Below, piece by piece: positions 59,099 to 64,000 of a stretch of DNA of 64,000 bases. The translations under genes were made by a program, and so were the position numbers. Under the pieces are notes generated by a model. That model did no database searches. It saw only the letters and a list, made by a program, of their open reading frames with translations, and was not told where the DNA came from. The DNA comes from Euglena gracilis (taxonomy: Eukaryota), in NCBI GenBank assembly GCA_039621445.1, contig CP154954.1, positions 33,949,737 to 34,013,736 on the forward strand, read 5' to 3'. The first letter of the stretch is position 1, and each line of letters starts with the position of its first letter.

Positions 59099-61442
59099 CC
59101 GGGCGGTAACGGCTGCGTTTTACGCACGCCCGCCGCGGGCAAAATTGCGGCTATCCGCCCGCCGCCCTTCGCAGCAATTAGGTAAAGGATCGCCGACCTC
59201 TAGCCGGGGCGGAGTGCTCGTTTTTGGAGCGCCGGCGCAGCCGATTTCGGCCGAAAATGGCGGAGAAAAGAAGTTTTTCGGGGTGTTCGTGGTTTGCGTG
59301 CTATTTTGCGCCTCCCGGGCGGTAACGGCTGCGTTTTACGCACGCCCGCCGCGGGCAAAATTGCGCCTATCCATCCGCCGCCCTTCGCAACAATTAGGTA
59401 AAGGATCGCAAGACCTGTAGCCGGGGCAGAGCGCTCGTTTTTGGAGCGCCGGCGCAGCCGATTTCGGCCGAAAACGGCCGAAAAATGACGTTTTTCGGGG
59501 TGTTCGTGGTTTACGTGCTATTTTGCGCCTCCCGGGCGGTAACGGCTGCGTTTTACGCACGCCCGCCGCGGGCAAAACTGCGCCTATCCGCCCGCCACCC
59601 TTCGCAACAACTAGGTAAAGGATCGCCGACCTCTAGCCGGGGCAGAGCGCTCGTTTTTGGAGCGCCGGCACAGCCGATTTCGGCCGAAAACGGCCGAAAA
59701 ATGACGTTTTTCGGGGTGTTCGTGGTTTACGTGCTATTTTGCGCCTCCCGGGCGCTAACGGCTGCGTTTTACGCACGCCCGCCGCGGACAAAATTGCGCC
59801 TTTCCGCCCGCCGCCCTTCGCAACAATTAGGTAAAGGATCGCCGACCTCTAGCCGGGGCAGAGCGCTCGTTTTTGGAGCGCCGGCGCAGCCGATTTCGGC
59901 CGAAAACGGCCGAAAAATGACGTTTTTCGGGGTGTTCGTGGTTTACGTGCTATTTTGCGCCTCCCGGGCGGTAACGGCTGCGTTTTACGCACCCCCGCCG
60001 CGGGCAAAATTGCGCCTATCCGGCCGCCGCCCTTCGCAACAGTTAGGTAAAGGATCGCCGACCTCTAGCCGGGGCAGAGCGCTCGTTTTTGGAGCGCCGG
60101 CGCAACCCATTTCGGCCGAAAACGGCCGAAAAATGACGTTTTTCGGGGTGTTCGTGGTTTACGTGCTATTTTGCGCCTCCCGGGCGCTAACGGCTGCGTT
60201 TTACGCACGCCCGCCGCGGGCAAAATTGCGCCTTTCCGCCCGCCGCCCTTCGCAACAATTAGGTAAAGGATCGCCGACCTCTAGCCGGGGCAGAGCGCTC
60301 GTTTTTGGAGCGCCGGCGCAGCCGATTTCGGCCGAAAACGGCCGAAAATGACGTTTTTACCGGTGTTCGTGGTTTACGTGCTATTTTGCGCCTCCCGGGC
60401 GGTAACGGCTGCGTTTTACGGCGCCCTTCGCAACAATTAGCTAAAGGATCGCCGACCTCTAGCCGGGGCAGAGCGCTCGTTTTTGCAGCGCCGGCGCAGC
60501 CGATTTCGGCCGAAAACGGCCGAAAAATGACGTTTTTCTGGGTGTTCGTGGTTTACGTGCTACTTTGCGCCTCCCGGGCGGTAACGGCTGCGTTTTACGC
60601 ACGCCCACCGCGGGCAAAATTGCGCCTATCCGCCCGCCGTCCTTCGCAACAATTAGGTAAAGGATCGCAAGACCTGTAGCCGGGGCATAGCGCTCGTTTT
60701 TGGAGCGCCGGCGAAACCGATTTCGGCCGAAAACGGCCGAAAAATGACGTTTTTCGGGATGTTCGTGGTTTACGTGCTATTTTGCGCCTCCCGGGCGCTA
60801 ACGGCTGCGTTTTACGCACGCCCGCCGCGAGCAAAATTGCGCCTATCCGCCCGCCGCCCTTCGCAACAATTAGGTAAAGGATCGCCGACCTCCAGCCGGG
60901 GCAGAGCGCTCGTTTTTGGAGCGCCGGCGCAGCCGATTTCGGCCGAAAACGGCCGAAAAATGACGTTTTTCGGGGTGTTCGTGGTTTACGTGCTATTTTG
61001 CGCCTCCCGGGCGCTAACGGCTGTGTTTTATGCACGCCCGCCGCCGGCAAAATTGCGCCTATCCGCCCGCCGCCCTTCGCAACAATAAGGTAAAGAATCG
61101 CCGACCTCCAGCCGGGGCAGAGCGCTCGTTTTTGGTGCGCCGGCGCAGCCGATTTCGGCCGAAAACGGCCGAAAAATGACGTTTTTCGGGGTGTTCGTGG
61201 TTTACGTGCTATTTTGCGCCTTCCAGGCGGTAACGGCTGCGTTTTACGCACGCCCGCCGCGGGCAAAATTGTGCTTATCCGCCCGCCGCCCTTCGCAACA
61301 ATTAGGTAAAGGATCGCCGACCTCTAGCAGGGGCAAAGCGCTCGTTTTTGGAGCGCCGGCGCAGCCGATTTCGACCGAAAACGGCCGAAAAATGACGTTT
61401 TTCGGGGTGTTCGTGGTTTACGTGCTATTTTGCGCCTCCCGG

Positions 61443-61920
61443 TGTGAGTCAGGGGTGCTGAGTGCCCAAAACAGCATAACCTAACCCAACCCAACCGGAT
61501 GACTCTGCAGTTAGGATTAGGAAAATCTTATTAGGAATTTCAATTGCTGACCCCATTGTCCCTGCACAGGGCTCTGTCTTGTTTTTGTCTGTTTCAAGTT
61601 CAAGAATCGAATTATCTTGGTTATCAATTATCATTCTTACCTGGACAGTACGTGGTTCATTACATTGGTGCTGGTTTTGGAATTGCTGAATTGCTTGTAT
61701 TGTGCTGTTGGTCTTGTGGATTTTTTATCAAAGAAAAGGTGTGAGCCACCCAACTCAACTGTTTTCATTAAAAAAACCCACCAAAAAAAAAGAAAATGCA
61801 ATTTTTAAAACAGGCCGCGAGGGGAATTGAAAACACCCTGGGCAGGGTTAAAGACCCTACGCAACGGGGTGCCGGCCCCGAGGAACTGGAAACTCCAGGG
61901 CGGGCACCACGGTTAAAACA
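61443..61920 (+). mobile_element. Solo LTR, 478 bp
   Basis: TG...CA; TSD CCGG at the same monomer position. Confidence 0.9.
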
Positions 61921-62573
61921 CCGGGCAGTAACGGCTGCGTTTTACGCACGCCCGCCGCGGGCAAAATTGCGCCTATCCGCCCGCCGCCCTTCGCACCAAT
62001 TAGGTAAAGGATCGCCGACCTCTAGCCGGGGCAGAGCGCTCGTTTTTGGAGCGCCGGCGCAGCCGATTTCGGCCGAAAACGGGCAAAAAACGACGTTTTT
62101 CGGGGTGTTCGTGGTTTACGTGCTATTTTGCGCCTCCCGGGCGGTAACGGCTGCGTTTTACGCACGCCCACCGCGGGCAAAATTGCGCCTATCCGCCCGC
62201 CGCCCTTCGCAACAATTAGGTAAAGGATCGCAAGACCTGTAGCCGGGGCAGACCGCTCGTTTTTGGAGCGCCGGCGCAACCGATTTCGGCCGAAAACGGC
62301 CGAAACATGACGTTTTTCGGGATGTTCGTGGTTTACGTGCTATTTTGCGCCTCCCGGGCGGTAACGGCTGCGTTTTACACACGCCCGCCGCGGGCAAAAG
62401 TGCGCCTATCCGCCCGCCGCCCTTCGCAACAAGTAGGTAAAGGATCGCCGACCTCTAGCCGGGGCAGAGCGCTCGTTTTTGGAGCGCCGGCGCAGCCGAT
62501 TTCGGCCGAAAACGGCCGAAAAATGACGTTTTTCGGGGTGTTCGTGGTTTACGTGCTATTTTGCGCCTCCCGG

Positions 62574-64000
62574 TGTGAGTCAGGGGTGCTGAGTGGCCAA
62601 ACAACATAACCTAAACCAACCAAACCTGATGACTCCGCAGTTAGGTTTAGGAAAATCTTATTAGGAATTTCAATTGCTGACCCCATTGTCCCTGCACAGG
62701 GCTCTGTCTTGTTTTTGTCTGTTTCAAGTTCAAGAATCGAATTATCTTGGTTATCAATTATCATTCTTACCTGGACAGTACGTGGTTCATTACATTGGTG
62801 CTGGTTTTGGAATTGCTGAATTGCTTGTATTGTGCTGTTGGTCTTGTGTATTTTTTATCAAAGAAAAGGTGTGAGCCACCCAACTCACCTGTTTTCATTA
62901 AAAAAACCCACCAAAAAAAAAGAAAATGCAATTTTTAAAACAGGCCGCGAGGGGAATTGAAAACACCCTGGGCAGGGTTAAAGACCCTACGCAACGGGGT
63001 GCCGGCCCCGAGGAACTGGAAACTCCAGGGCGGGCACCACGGTTACAACATGGTCGCAGAGGTAGACTGCCCAATTTTGATTCCCCTCCAACATGCGGCT
63101 ACGAACAACAAGCTGAAAAACGACAAGAAACTGCATAAACTGACGCTGACATGCCTGCTGCCTCAACTGCCATCGCTAGGATGGTGGAGCCGGCGGATGG
63201 CTGCCCAGCTCTGAACCCAACACTGGATGTGCCAACTGCCTTAACCGCCATCGTTAGGGTGGTGGAGCAGGCGGATGGCTTCCCAGCCCTGAACCAAACA
63301 CTGGAAATGCCAGCTGCCTTAACCGCCATCGCTAGGGTGGTGGAGCCGGCAGATGGCTTTGCCGCCATGTACCAATCACTGGACATCAACAGGTGGACTG
63401 AACCGGAACAAAACGGCACAGACATTACAGTGCCACAGACATGCAATGACAGCCCACTTGTCATTGCCATGGTGCACATGGACCAGGACGACACCGAACA
63501 GACTGGTCCAGCACCAGATTACACAGAACTGGACGAAAACAACGAACCGTACTTCGACGAACAGGTTTTTGCACCACAAAACTGGTACCAACAGCCAGAA
63601 ACGGACACTCAGAACAACCAAAACTGGCAAACCGCAACAGCACAGCAACCAGGAACCCAGAGTTTTGCACTGGTGGCGGTACGACAGAGCCCGGAACAAC
63701 CAGACCGCCTCCAGGGTGAAACTAAAACTTCGTACCAGGAACCTTCGTACAGCTCGTACGAGATTCCACAGCCGGAACCACAGAACCAGAACACTGACTG
63801 GGACTGGTGGTCGAACTTTGCATGCGAAACTGGACAGCTGACCCAGGAATTTCAACAGTTCAGACGCAAAACTGAACGGACGAATCAGCAAACGGCAGAA
63901 ACTCTGCAGCAGCTGCAACAAACAACGACGGAGTGGGTCAGCGAACTGCACGCCACAATGAACAGACAGGGTGAAGCACTCATGACAGAAATAAACGGCA
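62574..64000 (+). mobile_element. LTR retrotransposon 5' end: LTR 62574-63050, PBS 63051-63062, internal region runs off the window
   Basis: Same LTR as the solo copies, followed directly by TGGTCGCAGAGG. Confidence 0.88.
63151..64000 (+). CDS. Putative gag-like ORF (3'-incomplete) with three 26-aa N-terminal repeats and the start of a coiled coil
   Basis: Open frame from the ATG at 63151 to the window end (MPAASTAIARMVEPADGCPALNPTLD-like x3 ... ETLQQLQQTTTEWVSELH), positioned just after the PBS. It is absent from the ORF track because it has no stop in the window. Confidence 0.6.
   Translation, partial: MPAASTAIARMVEPADGCPALNPTLDVPTALTAIVRVVEQADGFPALNQTLEMPAALTAIARVVEPADGFAAMYQSLDINRWTEPEQNGTDITVPQTCNDSPLVIAMVHMDQDDTEQTGPAPDYTELDENNEPYFDEQVFAPQNWYQQPETDTQNNQNWQTATAQQPGTQSFALVAVRQSPEQPDRLQGETKTSYQEPSYSSYEIPQPEPQNQNTDWDWWSNFACETGQLTQEFQQFRRKTERTNQQTAETLQQLQQTTTEWVSELHATMNRQGEALMTEING

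Larger units (their letters stand above)
54763..62573 (+). repeat. 216-bp GC-rich tandem satellite, roughly 27 monomers, interrupted by LTR elements
   Basis: Period 216 (e.g. 59485, 59701, 59917); internal palindrome TTTCGGCCGAAA. Confidence 0.97.

Noticed and set aside
54954-62609. 72-aa repeat ORFs; possible SL RNA or 5S array
   Set aside because: Read-through of the 216-bp satellite; no SL, 5S or Pol III box signature seen in the monomer.

Overview
Repeat-rich eukaryotic nuclear DNA. It is most likely a euglenid, inferred from non-GT-AG introns with paired ends and CAG at +4..+6 / CTG at -8..-6. Most entries in the ORF track are artefacts of repeats and poly-G/C tracts. Positions 1-27.1 kb carry a minus-strand ZIFL1/MFSD10-like MFS transporter gene; eight exons can be joined in frame through a mix of GT-AG and non-conventional introns. 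Its introns are packed with CAG...CTG-ended MITEs with 8-bp TSDs, foldback elements, microsatellites and a 21-bp minisatellite. Fragments of a second minus-strand gene lie at about 30-33 kb. A 2-kb deleted hAT transposon at 36.4-38.4 kb has the same ends as one MITE family. Positions 40.5-54.8 kb hold two tandem copies of a gag-only retroelement-like unit, which runs into a 216-bp satellite array (54.8-62.6 kb). The array carries a 1-kb TRIM whose LTRs contain a tRNA-Val-derived module, two solo LTRs, and the 5' end of an LTR element that runs off the window. Two highlights: (1) hAT MITE geometry (3+5 = 8-bp TSD) matches non-conventional intron geometry, and TSD relics remain at two introns; (2) the tRNA-in-LTR TRIM. 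All calls were made by eye; no searches were run.
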